From a virus, in IMG/VR virus record IMGVR_UViG_3300017917_003565, positions 32,001 to 96,000 of that record: DNA of 64,000 nucleotides. The stretch is one strand, 5' to 3'. Positions 1-8,751 of this stretch are shown piece after piece. Every line of letters begins with the position of its first letter. Within the stretch, counting starts at the first letter, position 1. The position numbers and the translations under genes are program-made. Below the pieces are notes generated by a model. That model saw nothing but the letters and a program-made list of their open reading frames with translations. It was not told where the DNA came from and made no database searches.

Positions 1-103
1 CAGCTGTGGTTGCAAAAGCCTTGACATTGGCAAAATTTACATCAAGCTGACTTAAAGGAATCTGTCCAACTTCGTCGGCAAATATGTATGGTACTACTGG
101 CAT
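1..103 (-). CDS. 5' part of a probable virion structural protein (runs off the window)
   Basis: ATG at 103 after an AAAGGA RBS and TAAATA at 135-140; MPVVPYIFADEVGQIPLSQLDVNF resembles phage tail/baseplate N-termini. Confidence 0.55.
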   Translation of the reverse strand, partial: MPVVPYIFADEVGQIPLSQLDVNFANVKAFATTA

Positions 104-143
104 CTCTGTGGTCCTTTAAGTGATAAACTGATCATATTTAGAT

Positions 144-2465
144 TCATTCTAAAATGTTGCGCTTGGGGAATACCAAATATTTATCGTACTCATTGGTGTT
201 AGAGTACATGTCAACTGGTGCTATAAACTGCAGGCTGCCATGATCGAAAATGGTTGCGTTTTCTCCAGTGTAACCACCAGATTCCCAATCAATCACATCG
301 AGATTGCTGTTGATCCACTGCACTGTCTGTGGAACATCGTTTTGCCATGTCGCTATGCTTGATTTGATGTCAAATGTGGTCAAGGATGGCGGAGTTGGAT
401 TCCATTGTTGGGTGTCACGGTCCCAGTTCTTGGTCAACAAGTTGTCAAGTTCATATCTATCAACTTCAAAGTCTACTAGATTTAACTGGCTGGTAAACTG
501 AGTCTGTATGTTATAGGCTATTTGACCGCCAAATCCGGGCTTGGCGTAGGCTATGACCCAGGCTGGAGTAAATCCCAACACAGTGCCATTGGATTGACGC
601 GACAGCATCCAGCGTGGTAGTACACGACTGACCTGGCCCACTGTGTCAATGACTTGATCGCGCATGTTTTCCAAACTGTTGGGATACACGCTGTCTATTT
701 CTTGTGGTGTGTTAGCGTCTATAGGAAAGGCCAATGGCACTTCTTTGTCTACACTCTGCCCTTGATTGTTAACTAGATCGTCCTGTATGGCGCTGTAAAC
801 CACTTCATAGATTACATTGCCTGCATCGTCTACGGCTCGGGCTGTGCGTATTTCTCCCAGTACAAGATTTTTCCAGTAGTGATTCAGATCAAGGCTGGCC
901 ACATACTCGTCAAGAGTGGCCGCTACCAGGCCATAGGCATGATAATAGATCACGCGGCGAGATACACCAAAGTTAAGATCGTCTCCTCGATAGATCAATT
1001 CTGGAGGAAAGATTGTGGGATCTTGTAACAGGTTAGCCAAGAGATCTCGATCATCTTTAGGAGGCATAGCCTGTATGTATAGATTGTCAAAGGGCTCTTC
1101 ATAGCGTCTGACCACAGTTATGCTGAAAGTCTTGTTTACACTGACCAAACCGTTGATGCTGTAGGCGTTGACAGTGAACACGGCGGTCATATCAAACGTG
1201 GTGGGTTGATCTACGGTGTTGAGGCCCACATCAAACACTGTGGTACCACCATCCAGTGCAAAAGTATCAAAGCTCACACGCCCTGCTATGTTGCCAGATG
1301 GTAAAAGTTGTAATCCTTGCGGTAGTCGGCTGTCACTACCCGACAACAATCGATATTGCAATGGTATGCCGCTGACATTTTGCGCCTCTACATAGAATGT
1401 GCTAGTAGCACCATTGTCGATCAATCCTAGATCCGATGGAGTTAACCAGATCACATCCGAGCTTACAGGTCCTGCTATGGTCAGGCTATACTGATAGATA
1501 TTGCTGATGATGCTGGGGTTGTCCAGTAATCGTATGCGTATACCAAAGTTATAAGTGTCGGATAACACCCCACCGAAAGGAATGAATCCATAGATCCATC
1601 CCGAAAGAGGATCCAAGGTCAACCCCGGAGGCAACGCCGTAGCAGCCACAAACTCAACCGCATCTCCTGTGACATCTAGTCCTTGGAACTGGAATGCATA
1701 AAAGTTGTCACTGCGAGTAGTTCCGATACTGCCCGTTGGGGTGGTTATGATCGGTATCTGGTAAGGCATGATGTCAGCAGTGATAAAAGTATTATCAGCA
1801 GTAACATAAGTGTTGTCCGCAGTCATTGCAGCTCGAGCATAGACCTTGATGTTGAATGTGCGGACATCAGAACTAAATCCGTTGGTGATTGATAGAGTGA
1901 ATGAGTAGGTCACTGACGGAATCGTGGTGCTGGGATTGGGCAACAGATAACCATTAATCACCCCTGTGCTGGATATGGTCAGCCCGGGCGGGAGAGCGCC
2001 CGATACCAAGGTCACGACAATGACAGAGTTGGGATCTGGATCTGAATACTGTACTTGCAAATCAGTGATCTGCTCACCATCAAACGCTGTCAATATAGTG
2101 CCTGCTGATGTGGTCCAAGTCACTAAACTTTGTCCAGTGACTGTGAGAGTAAAAGTTCGATCGGCCAACCCGGTGATCACAGTCACTCCGTTTACCACAG
2201 TCTTGGTATAGGCTCGGACCGCAAACTTGCTAGTGGTATCCAAGACCACATTGGATGGAATACCTTGTATTTCAGTGACAGTAGACTGAGGATTCCCAGC
2301 CAGCATGCCTGCTTGATCTATCTGTATTCCCGGTGGCAGTCGACCGGCTATGAGAGAATAAAAGACCTGGCTGTCCGCTGTGGCTACCAATGGTGTGCTG
2401 TAAAAAACACCTTCGGGTATGGTTGCTAGTGCGCCTGCTGGCGTGACCCAAGTTGGGATTGACAT
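144..2465 (-). CDS. Baseplate-wedge-like structural protein with putative Ig-like repeats
   Basis: 773 aa; repeated 'G.LPPGL.(L/I)...G.I.G' He_PIG-type motifs; lies among structural genes. Confidence 0.7.
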   Translation of the reverse strand: MSIPTWVTPAGALATIPEGVFYSTPLVATADSQVFYSLIAGRLPPGIQIDQAGMLAGNPQSTVTEIQGIPSNVVLDTTSKFAVRAYTKTVVNGVTVITGLADRTFTLTVTGQSLVTWTTSAGTILTAFDGEQITDLQVQYSDPDPNSVIVVTLVSGALPPGLTISSTGVINGYLLPNPSTTIPSVTYSFTLSITNGFSSDVRTFNIKVYARAAMTADNTYVTADNTFITADIMPYQIPIITTPTGSIGTTRSDNFYAFQFQGLDVTGDAVEFVAATALPPGLTLDPLSGWIYGFIPFGGVLSDTYNFGIRIRLLDNPSIISNIYQYSLTIAGPVSSDVIWLTPSDLGLIDNGATSTFYVEAQNVSGIPLQYRLLSGSDSRLPQGLQLLPSGNIAGRVSFDTFALDGGTTVFDVGLNTVDQPTTFDMTAVFTVNAYSINGLVSVNKTFSITVVRRYEEPFDNLYIQAMPPKDDRDLLANLLQDPTIFPPELIYRGDDLNFGVSRRVIYYHAYGLVAATLDEYVASLDLNHYWKNLVLGEIRTARAVDDAGNVIYEVVYSAIQDDLVNNQGQSVDKEVPLAFPIDANTPQEIDSVYPNSLENMRDQVIDTVGQVSRVLPRWMLSRQSNGTVLGFTPAWVIAYAKPGFGGQIAYNIQTQFTSQLNLVDFEVDRYELDNLLTKNWDRDTQQWNPTPPSLTTFDIKSSIATWQNDVPQTVQWINSNLDVIDWESGGYTGENATIFDHGSLQFIAPVDMYSNTNEYDKYLVFPKRNILE

Positions 2466-2466
2466 A

Positions 2467-4527
2467 TCACAATATCACCGCTTCAATAATCTTTTGACCC
2501 GGATCAAGATTGGTTTCTAAAGATTTAGCAAACACTGCCTGTCCATAGGTACGATCCAATCCTATGCTCTTGGCACTACCAGGTATAGAATCCGTGACTA
2601 GACCATCGCCTTTGGTCACTGGTCCCATCACATTGACCTTCACACGCCCACGCAGGGCTACGGGTATACCGTCAGCCCCGGCATTCATTAAGTGTGCTGG
2701 TTTGTCACTGATAACTCCAGCTACTCTAGCATCAGCGAATTCTGTGCAGATGGTTATTTCGGCATCTCCGCCAAATATCACTACCACTCCTGGCGCATAG
2801 GCCTGATCTGGCAGATAGTTTTCTGCAAGGTCTGCATACACCGCACTGGTGGACTGCGCAAACACTGTGTTAAAATAGTTGGTATCACTACCTATGTTAC
2901 CAATGGCATTACCATTGGCATTGATAATGTTGCCCAGAGTCACTGTGCCAGTGCCTACATTGAGATTGCCCACAGTGGCATTGCCTGTGGCAGTGATAGA
3001 TCCGGAGGTTTCTAAGTTGCCCACAGTGGTATTGCCTGTGGCAGTGATAGATCCGGAGGTTTCTAAGTTGCCCACTGTAGCATTACCTGTGGCCGATAGG
3101 ATGGCCGACACTACGTTACCAGTCACTGACAACGAAGTACCAGTCATGATGCCACCCGACACTGATATTGCTGAGACTGCTCCAGTCACCAAAAGATTAC
3201 CAATCACATCTTGACCCAAAGGTGTGAACAAAGCAACAGGAGCGATGCCATTGACATTGACTGATATATTACCGGCACTGCCGCCGATCAATACATTGGA
3301 GTTGCCATTTTGCAAAGTAGATACATTGACATCGGTCAGTAGGCTACCGTTGCCTATGATGTAGTTTCCAATGATGTTGCCTGTGGCCGAAACACGACCT
3401 CCGGTGTTGATATTACCCCCGGTGATGTTGGCAGTGGCAGCCACTGTAACTCCGGTGTAGTTGGCAGCAGAAATGTCACCACCTACATTGACATCCTGTA
3501 TCACGTTTAAGAATCCAGTGGTGCGTATGTTGCCTGTGGCCGAAATCTGGCCACCAGTGATGATATTGCCGCCGGTGATGTTGCCAATAGCCACCACTCG
3601 AGCCAAACTGTTGATGTTGTTGCCTACCACATTGCCAGCAGCATAGACAATATCATTGGAGTTGACATTGCCAGCTACCACGTTGGCGGTAGTGAACACA
3701 AACCCTGTGGTTCGCAGATTGCCAGCGTCTACGTTGCCTGTGGCGCTGACTGCGCCCAGGATGTTGAGAACATTGGGTCCACTGTTGTCAAATACCAGAC
3801 CTGCGGTAGCAGCCACGTTGCCGGCTCCATCATTGAATACCACTGCACCACCAGGCCCAGGAATGTTGGTGATGTTGGCCACGATGTTGCCAGTGAAGTT
3901 ACCAACAAAAAATCCTGCAGTCACGATGTTGCCCGTGGCACTGACTGTGCCGACGGTATCTATGTTGGCACCATTGACATTGCCGGCTGAGATATTGCCG
4001 TTGGTAGAGATGGTGTTACTGCCAAACGAGGACAACAATGTGACTACGTTGGCATCAGTATAAGTAGCCGGTAACCCTGTGAGTTGGCTACCGTTGCCCA
4101 AGATATAGTCTCCGGTGACGTTGCCGGTGGCTGATACTACACCATCCACATACTGTCCAGTAGTACTCACCACTACCACGTTGCTTAGTCCGCCCACACT
4201 CATGGTAATAGGAGCACCAAGGTCATCAATGCTGACGTTGCTAGTACCCAATGATATACTGGTAACCGAGATGTTACCAGTCTGGGCCAGTTGCCCCCAG
4301 ATCACTGTGCTGCCGTCATAGTCAGCAAAACAATAGTAAAAAAAGCTGGAATCATAGGCATACATACCGGCGGTGTCACCAAAAGTACCCACTAACGAAA
4401 TCGGGGGATCTGTTTGTACACGGCTGTAGAGCTCGCTGAAGTTGCTGTTGCAATAGTTAAATGCAGTGGCTAGGGGTGTTCCGTCACCGGAATTTTGTGG
4501 TGTGGTTACGATGGTAAGTTGAGCCAT
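2467..4527 (-). CDS. Tail fibre / baseplate-attached fibre protein
   Basis: N-terminal GDGTPLATAF..CNSNF (T4 gp9/gp10-like attachment motif), many '(S/T)ATGN(I/V)..GN' repeats, C-terminal 'YADLAENY...GVIS..PA..MN...VALRGRV' domain; TAAATA at 4549-4554. Confidence 0.8.
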   Translation of the reverse strand: MAQLTIVTTPQNSGDGTPLATAFNYCNSNFSELYSRVQTDPPISLVGTFGDTAGMYAYDSSFFYYCFADYDGSTVIWGQLAQTGNISVTSISLGTSNVSIDDLGAPITMSVGGLSNVVVVSTTGQYVDGVVSATGNVTGDYILGNGSQLTGLPATYTDANVVTLLSSFGSNTISTNGNISAGNVNGANIDTVGTVSATGNIVTAGFFVGNFTGNIVANITNIPGPGGAVVFNDGAGNVAATAGLVFDNSGPNVLNILGAVSATGNVDAGNLRTTGFVFTTANVVAGNVNSNDIVYAAGNVVGNNINSLARVVAIGNITGGNIITGGQISATGNIRTTGFLNVIQDVNVGGDISAANYTGVTVAATANITGGNINTGGRVSATGNIIGNYIIGNGSLLTDVNVSTLQNGNSNVLIGGSAGNISVNVNGIAPVALFTPLGQDVIGNLLVTGAVSAISVSGGIMTGTSLSVTGNVVSAILSATGNATVGNLETSGSITATGNTTVGNLETSGSITATGNATVGNLNVGTGTVTLGNIINANGNAIGNIGSDTNYFNTVFAQSTSAVYADLAENYLPDQAYAPGVVVIFGGDAEITICTEFADARVAGVISDKPAHLMNAGADGIPVALRGRVKVNVMGPVTKGDGLVTDSIPGSAKSIGLDRTYGQAVFAKSLETNLDPGQKIIEAVIL
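2966..3098. repeat. In-frame 51-bp tandem repeat (about 2.6 copies) in the fibre gene
   Basis: Units start at 2966, 3017 and 3068 and encode (A/T)TVGNLETSGSITATGN. Confidence 0.9.
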
Positions 4528-4583
4528 AGATCTATATCCTCTGGTATGTATTTACCAGAACCCTGGTTCAGGGAGATAACCGC

Positions 4584-4910
4584 TCAGTAAGGGCTAAAAC
4601 TTGATCCGCAACCGCAGGTGGTCTGCGCAGAGGGATTTCGTATGGTAAAACTGCTACCGTATTGGTCTTCTCGGTAGTCTACTTCAGCGCCTTGCAAATA
4701 GCCGCCGCTCATGGAATCTACCAATATTTTAACACCCGAGACTTCGAGATCCCAGTCGTCTTCGTTTTGTTGCTCGTCCAAGGTGAATCCATACTGAAAA
4801 CCGGAACAACCACCACCCTGCACGAACACGCGAAGTTTGAGCTCAGGGTTGTTTTCTTCTGCTAGGATGTCTTGCAGTTTGGCCACTGCGGATTCAGTCA
4901 CAGTGATCAT
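4584..4910 (-). CDS. erpA: Iron-sulfur cluster insertion protein ErpA (HesB/IscA family)
   Basis: [17 protein letters not shown] and TCGCGSSF motifs; ATGA overlap with the SOD stop. Confidence 0.93.
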   Translation of the reverse strand: MITVTESAVAKLQDILAEENNPELKLRVFVQGGGCSGFQYGFTLDEQQNEDDWDLEVSGVKILVDSMSGGYLQGAEVDYREDQYGSSFTIRNPSAQTTCGCGSSFSPY

Positions 4911-5467
4911 AGCCGCTCGTTGCAAACATCCCAATCAATGATTTTCCAGATGTTATCTAGGTAACGTTCTTTGTCGCTTTGATAATCTAGGGCCCAGGCA
5001 TGTTCCCACCAATCAATAAGCACGCATATATCTGTACGCACAGCATGGTTGCGTATAGTCTTGATTTCGCCCGTGGTCGAAAGATACACCCAACCTGACC
5101 CTTGGATCTTCATGGCCACATCCTTTATGGCTTCTTTGAAATCTTCATAGGTCTTGAATTTGCTTTCAATCAGTTCCAGCACAGCACCACGAGGTTTGTT
5201 AGCACCTTTTGGCGGTTTGAGCTGTGGGAAAAACTTGTTGTGCAAGAAACTGCCAGCGCGATTAAAATCAGGATCTCCTTCACCACTGTTGTATCTTTTT
5301 GCATAGCCCTTGGCCAAATGATCATAGTGATAGTCCATGGTTTCTTTTGACATCACAGGATATAGATCACCGGGTCCGTAGGGCAAAGGTGTGGTTTCCA
5401 GCTTGGCCGGACGAGTGGTAGCTTCTAAGAGATCGATATGTTCTCGCAGATGTGGTAAAAAATCCAT
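4907..5467 (-). CDS. sod: Fe/Mn superoxide dismutase
   Basis: LPY..L.P.MS.ET..YH..H, LHN.FF, QGSGW and DWWEHA metal-ligand motifs. Confidence 0.92.
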   Translation of the reverse strand: MDFLPHLREHIDLLEATTRPAKLETTPLPYGPGDLYPVMSKETMDYHYDHLAKGYAKRYNSGEGDPDFNRAGSFLHNKFFPQLKPPKGANKPRGAVLELIESKFKTYEDFKEAIKDVAMKIQGSGWVYLSTTGEIKTIRNHAVRTDICVLIDWWEHAWALDYQSDKERYLDNIWKIIDWDVCNERL

Positions 5468-5895
5468 TAGGTTTGCCTCACTACTAATCCACCGGAGTTG
5501 TTGTAATACACCTGTCCTATAGACACACCGCCTGCAGCGGCGGTGGAATCATTGCTGAAAGGTCCTGCAAAAGAGAATCCTGTACCTGTTTCAAAGTTGG
5601 CCACTGTATTGGCCACTGAGTCCAGAGCGGCCTGGACATTGGATACTGCTGTGGGCCAATCTCCTGGGTTGGTTTCGGTATAGCTTACAGTATTGGCGCT
5701 TACGTTTCCGCCAAAACTCACTGCTACTCCGTTGGCATAACGATAGCCATCAGTTAAAATATTGGCAGTGTTGATATTGCCACTGATGGTGATGGTGTTA
5801 AAACTTACTGCATCAAGGTCAGCATCACCAATACTACCTTCTAAGGGGTTTTTGATCGAACGGGCTTTGCCGTCGTTGCCTTTTACAAATCCCAT
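5467..5895 (-). CDS. Hypothetical virion-like protein
   Basis: Start moved to MGFVKG (AAAGGA RBS, TAAATA at 5912-5917); C-terminal 'ND..AAAGGV..GQVYY' motif is common in phage structural proteins. Confidence 0.55.
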   Translation of the reverse strand: MGFVKGNDGKARSIKNPLEGSIGDADLDAVSFNTITISGNINTANILTDGYRYANGVAVSFGGNVSANTVSYTETNPGDWPTAVSNVQAALDSVANTVANFETGTGFSFAGPFSNDSTAAAGGVSIGQVYYNNSGGLVVRQT

Positions 5896-5914
5896 AAAAT
5901 ATCCTTTATGGTAT

Positions 5915-6133
5915 TTATCGGCGCCGGGTAATACGTCCGCGGGTGAGATCATACGGGCTGAACTCGATTTCTACAACATCGCCCAACAACACTCGTATAT
6001 GATTCATGCGCATGCGGCCAGAAAGGCTGGCTAAAACGGGTTTTTCAAACTGTTCAAGTTGCACACGGTACATGGTATTTGGTAACACGTCTGACACGAC
6101 GCCTTCCATTTTGATCACATCATCTTTGCTCAA
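5915..6133 (-). CDS. infA: Translation initiation factor IF-1
   Basis: MSKDDVIKMEG.V...LPN..YRV...SGRMR.N.IRVL.GD.V..E.SPYDLTRGRI..R. Confidence 0.96.
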   Translation of the reverse strand: MSKDDVIKMEGVVSDVLPNTMYRVQLEQFEKPVLASLSGRMRMNHIRVLLGDVVEIEFSPYDLTRGRITRRR

Positions 6134-6142
6134 AGTATTGTA

Positions 6143-6547
6143 TTATCTCCTCATTTTACTTATATCTTGAGCTTCTTGATCAGAAAAGATTGGCACAGCA
6201 TTTGATTTGTGCATGGTACCAATGCCTTTGATTTTAGTACCGGTATAGACCTTGTCTGCAGGACGAGCCGCTACTGCACCTGGAGTATCTGGAATACTGG
6301 GAATATGTTGCTGAGGCTCACGCCCAGGCGGATACTGCGGGCTCAAACGCACGATTTTGGTCACAGCAGGTCTTGCTTTGTTTGATGAAAAATGTGGAGC
6401 CAGATCGGCCCATTCACGTTGGTGTTGTTCCCATTGGGCCTGTAGATCACGTGCCTTTCTTGCGGCATCAGCCGACGCATACTTGCGGCGTTTTGATTTT
6501 ACCTTGCCTGTGGTTGTTAACCAAGGGCCTTCGAGATGCATGGTCAT
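6143..6547 (-). CDS. Conserved phage hypothetical protein
   Basis: C-terminal YTG..IKGIGTMHKSNAVPIF motif typical of T4-like phages. Confidence 0.65.
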   Translation of the reverse strand: MTMHLEGPWLTTTGKVKSKRRKYASADAARKARDLQAQWEQHQREWADLAPHFSSNKARPAVTKIVRLSPQYPPGREPQQHIPSIPDTPGAVAARPADKVYTGTKIKGIGTMHKSNAVPIFSDQEAQDISKMRR

Positions 6548-6548
6548 G

Positions 6549-6650
6549 TTATACGCTACCCATCATGTTGCCAATAAAAAAACATACTACGCCAACCAAT
6601 GCTATAAAACCCCACTTGATATATACCCATTTGGATTTGATATCTACCAT
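6549..6650 (-). CDS. Small membrane peptide (33 aa), not in the ORF track
   Basis: AAGGAG RBS; MVDIKSKWVYIKWGFIALVGVVCFFIGNMMGSV. Confidence 0.55.
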   Translation of the reverse strand: MVDIKSKWVYIKWGFIALVGVVCFFIGNMMGSV

Positions 6651-6669
6651 ATTTTTCTCCTTTTGATTT

Positions 6670-6903
6670 TTATTGTGGTTGTTGCAGTTGTTCCCACATG
6701 TATTCCGAATCTTTGATCCAGGCTTCGGTAGAAATCCAACCTTTGCTTATGGCCAACTGAACAATCTTTTGCACATCAGCAGGGCACGATGATTCAATGG
6801 TGATGGCCGCACGTGGGTAATAGGCAAACCCTGAAACGATACAAAAGTCTTCGTCTTTGGCTGTTAGTCTACGCAACTGCGGATTGTCATATCTCAAGTT
6901 CAA
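6670..6903 (-). CDS. Hypothetical protein
   Basis: TTG start after an AGGAG RBS, downstream of the promoter at 6932-6960. Confidence 0.6.
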   Translation of the reverse strand: MNLRYDNPQLRRLTAKDEDFCIVSGFAYYPRAAITIESSCPADVQKIVQLAISKGWISTEAWIKDSEYMWEQLQQPQ

Positions 6904-6931
6904 AATAAAACTCCTATTTTACTATACCAAT

Positions 6932-6960
6932 ATTATAGCACGATAGGAGTTTTTGGTCAA
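6932..6960 (-). promoter_or_regulatory. Sigma70-type early promoter
   Basis: TTGACC-17-TATAAT. Confidence 0.8.
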
Positions 6961-6965
6961 CCATA

Positions 6966-7280
6966 TTATTTGAACAGTATCATGGCCATGATCACGGCCT
7001 GTAGTATAAACCCAAGCCCAATAGTGATGACATTCAGCATGTCTTTGAGCACTACGGCCCGGAAAAACAACAGGATTAGGCCAGTCCACATGAACAACAC
7101 AATGTCCAGATTGGGTACCGTGTCGCTAAGTCCAGTCAACAGTGCAAGAAGCGTGGGCACGGTGGCACAGTGTATGACCACCACGGCCAACCAGCCCAGG
7201 GTTTCAGCACTTACTTTGGGCAAGTGTTGTTCTAACCAAGTTCTTGCAGATTTCAAATAAGCGTCTAATTTTTCGATCAT
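6966..7280 (-). CDS. Three-TM membrane protein
   Basis: Hydrophobic helices; coupled to the SleB gene. Confidence 0.65.
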   Translation of the reverse strand: MIEKLDAYLKSARTWLEQHLPKVSAETLGWLAVVVIHCATVPTLLALLTGLSDTVPNLDIVLFMWTGLILLFFRAVVLKDMLNVITIGLGFILQAVIMAMILFK

Positions 7281-7837
7281 AGTTTTTCCGCATAAAAGAT
7301 GTGTCTCCCAAACTTGGCCACTTGAGGTTTACCCCATTGTGGTTTTATATAATCCGCATGGAAATACAGCGCATTCTTCACGCTGGGCAAGCGGAAGCCC
7401 TCTAGCAGGACTTTTTTGGCCACTTCTTCGGCTTCGCGCCAGTGAGCTGCATAAATGGGCCGGACACGGCTGGTGCCATCACAGAACCATGAGAACTGGC
7501 AGACCACTCGATCATAGACCACATTTTTTTGATACACAACGCCGCAGATGTCCGGAGCAAATCTGCCAGACTCCACGCGATTGATAGTGACCTGGGCCAC
7601 GGCTACTTTGCCTTCAAAGGGCTCAGTGGCGGCTTCCCAGTAGATGTTGCGTGTCAAACAGTCCAGTTGTTTGGTACGATCTGCCACGCTGATGAACCCT
7701 TGACGGGCGGCTTCATTGGTGCTTTTGAGGGCATCCAGTTTGGAATCAGTCACAGCGGTCACTGCGATGATCACGGCCAAGAAGCTGGCCAGTTTTACTG
7801 CTATGCTACCTAGATTGGACTTTGAAGAGATCTTCAA
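7277..7837 (-). CDS. Cell wall hydrolase, SleB/Hydrolase_2 family
   Basis: CL..NIYWEA..E...G..AVAQV..NRV, ICGVVYQ, CQFSW, ALYFHA.Y..P.W, GRHIFY; TTG start after AAGGAG; N-terminal TM. Confidence 0.9.
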   Translation of the reverse strand: MKISSKSNLGSIAVKLASFLAVIIAVTAVTDSKLDALKSTNEAARQGFISVADRTKQLDCLTRNIYWEAATEPFEGKVAVAQVTINRVESGRFAPDICGVVYQKNVVYDRVVCQFSWFCDGTSRVRPIYAAHWREAEEVAKKVLLEGFRLPSVKNALYFHADYIKPQWGKPQVAKFGRHIFYAEKL

Positions 7838-7844
7838 TGTTTTC

Positions 7845-8122
7845 TCCTTCGGGCTCAAGTGGGCCGTTTCACCGGAGGTCCAGGATGGACACATTGACAG
7901 AAGCGTGGGCTAAAGAAAAGACCTCGGGCCTTCTTTGGCATACTGTCCTGGCGCGGTTTTGTCTTTCCCCGGGCCTGTACCATTTGTCAATGAAGAGGAT
8001 TTCCGAAGTCCTCTTGTAAAAGTGACCAGCTTCCCGGCACTGGTCGATCCGTTTTGGAGTAGATCTAGATTGTAATCTTCCGCTGATCGAATCAACGACA
8101 GCCGGATTGTTTTTTCTACTCT
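7845..8122 (-). ncRNA. Candidate structured RNA / long structured leader upstream of the SleB gene
   Basis: At least 6 stems plus a CCAGGA/TCCTGG pseudoknot; begins just after TAAGTA (8129-8134). Confidence 0.55.
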
Positions 8123-8200
8123 CTAAAATACTTAGTTTGTCATGAAAATCAGGCTCAAATAACCATGATTTTTCCAGCGTTTTTACCATAATATACAGCT

Positions 8201-8230
8201 ATTATAGCGCATCGCCGGTACGGTTGTCAA
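8201..8230 (-). promoter_or_regulatory. Sigma70-type promoter
   Basis: TTGACA-18-TATAAT. Confidence 0.7.
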
Positions 8231-8751
8231 TCCACATTGGGCGGAGGCATGGCCTTTAGTTTATCCCACACTGATTGTTTTTCTTTGATGTGTTTTTCCA
8301 AAGCTCGATAGCGATCACCCAGTTCTCGCAGTTCCTGCCATTCAGATTCCAGAGCTGGATTTACGGTCAACAGATTCAATCTTTCTCGAATTTCGCGTAT
8401 GGAGCCCATGAGACTTTCGCCATTGATTTCGATGTCAGCATCTTCACCGTTGACTTGTAGTTTGGCACCGGTGGGATTGCTGGTAATCCAGGGAGCCACG
8501 GTAGCTGTCCCTGTGTTGGTCCAAACATTGGGATAAGCATACCCGTTGGTCCCACTGACGTTATTGATCGCAGTAAGATCGCTGATGGTCAGAGTGGGCA
8601 CCGTGCCGCTGGCAGTGTAATAATCACCATCACCACTGTAGGAACCAATATGGCTGAAATCGAGCGTGATGCTGTTATTGTCATTGATGATGATGCTGTC
8701 ATCCATGGTTTGAGAGGCTGTGCCCGGAGGCACATTTATTGTAAGTGACAT
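8227..8751 (-). CDS. Hypothetical protein
   Basis: 174 aa; Thr-rich N-terminus, coiled-coil C-terminus. Confidence 0.65.
   Translation of the reverse strand: MSLTINVPPGTASQTMDDSIIINDNNSITLDFSHIGSYSGDGDYYTASGTVPTLTISDLTAINNVSGTNGYAYPNVWTNTGTATVAPWITSNPTGAKLQVNGEDADIEINGESLMGSIREIRERLNLLTVNPALESEWQELRELGDRYRALEKHIKEKQSVWDKLKAMPPPNVD

Noticed and set aside
7869-8189. 106-aa ORF as a real gene
   Set aside because: It has no recognisable motif and overlaps an extensively paired region; not fully excluded because it starts close to the 8201-8230 promoter
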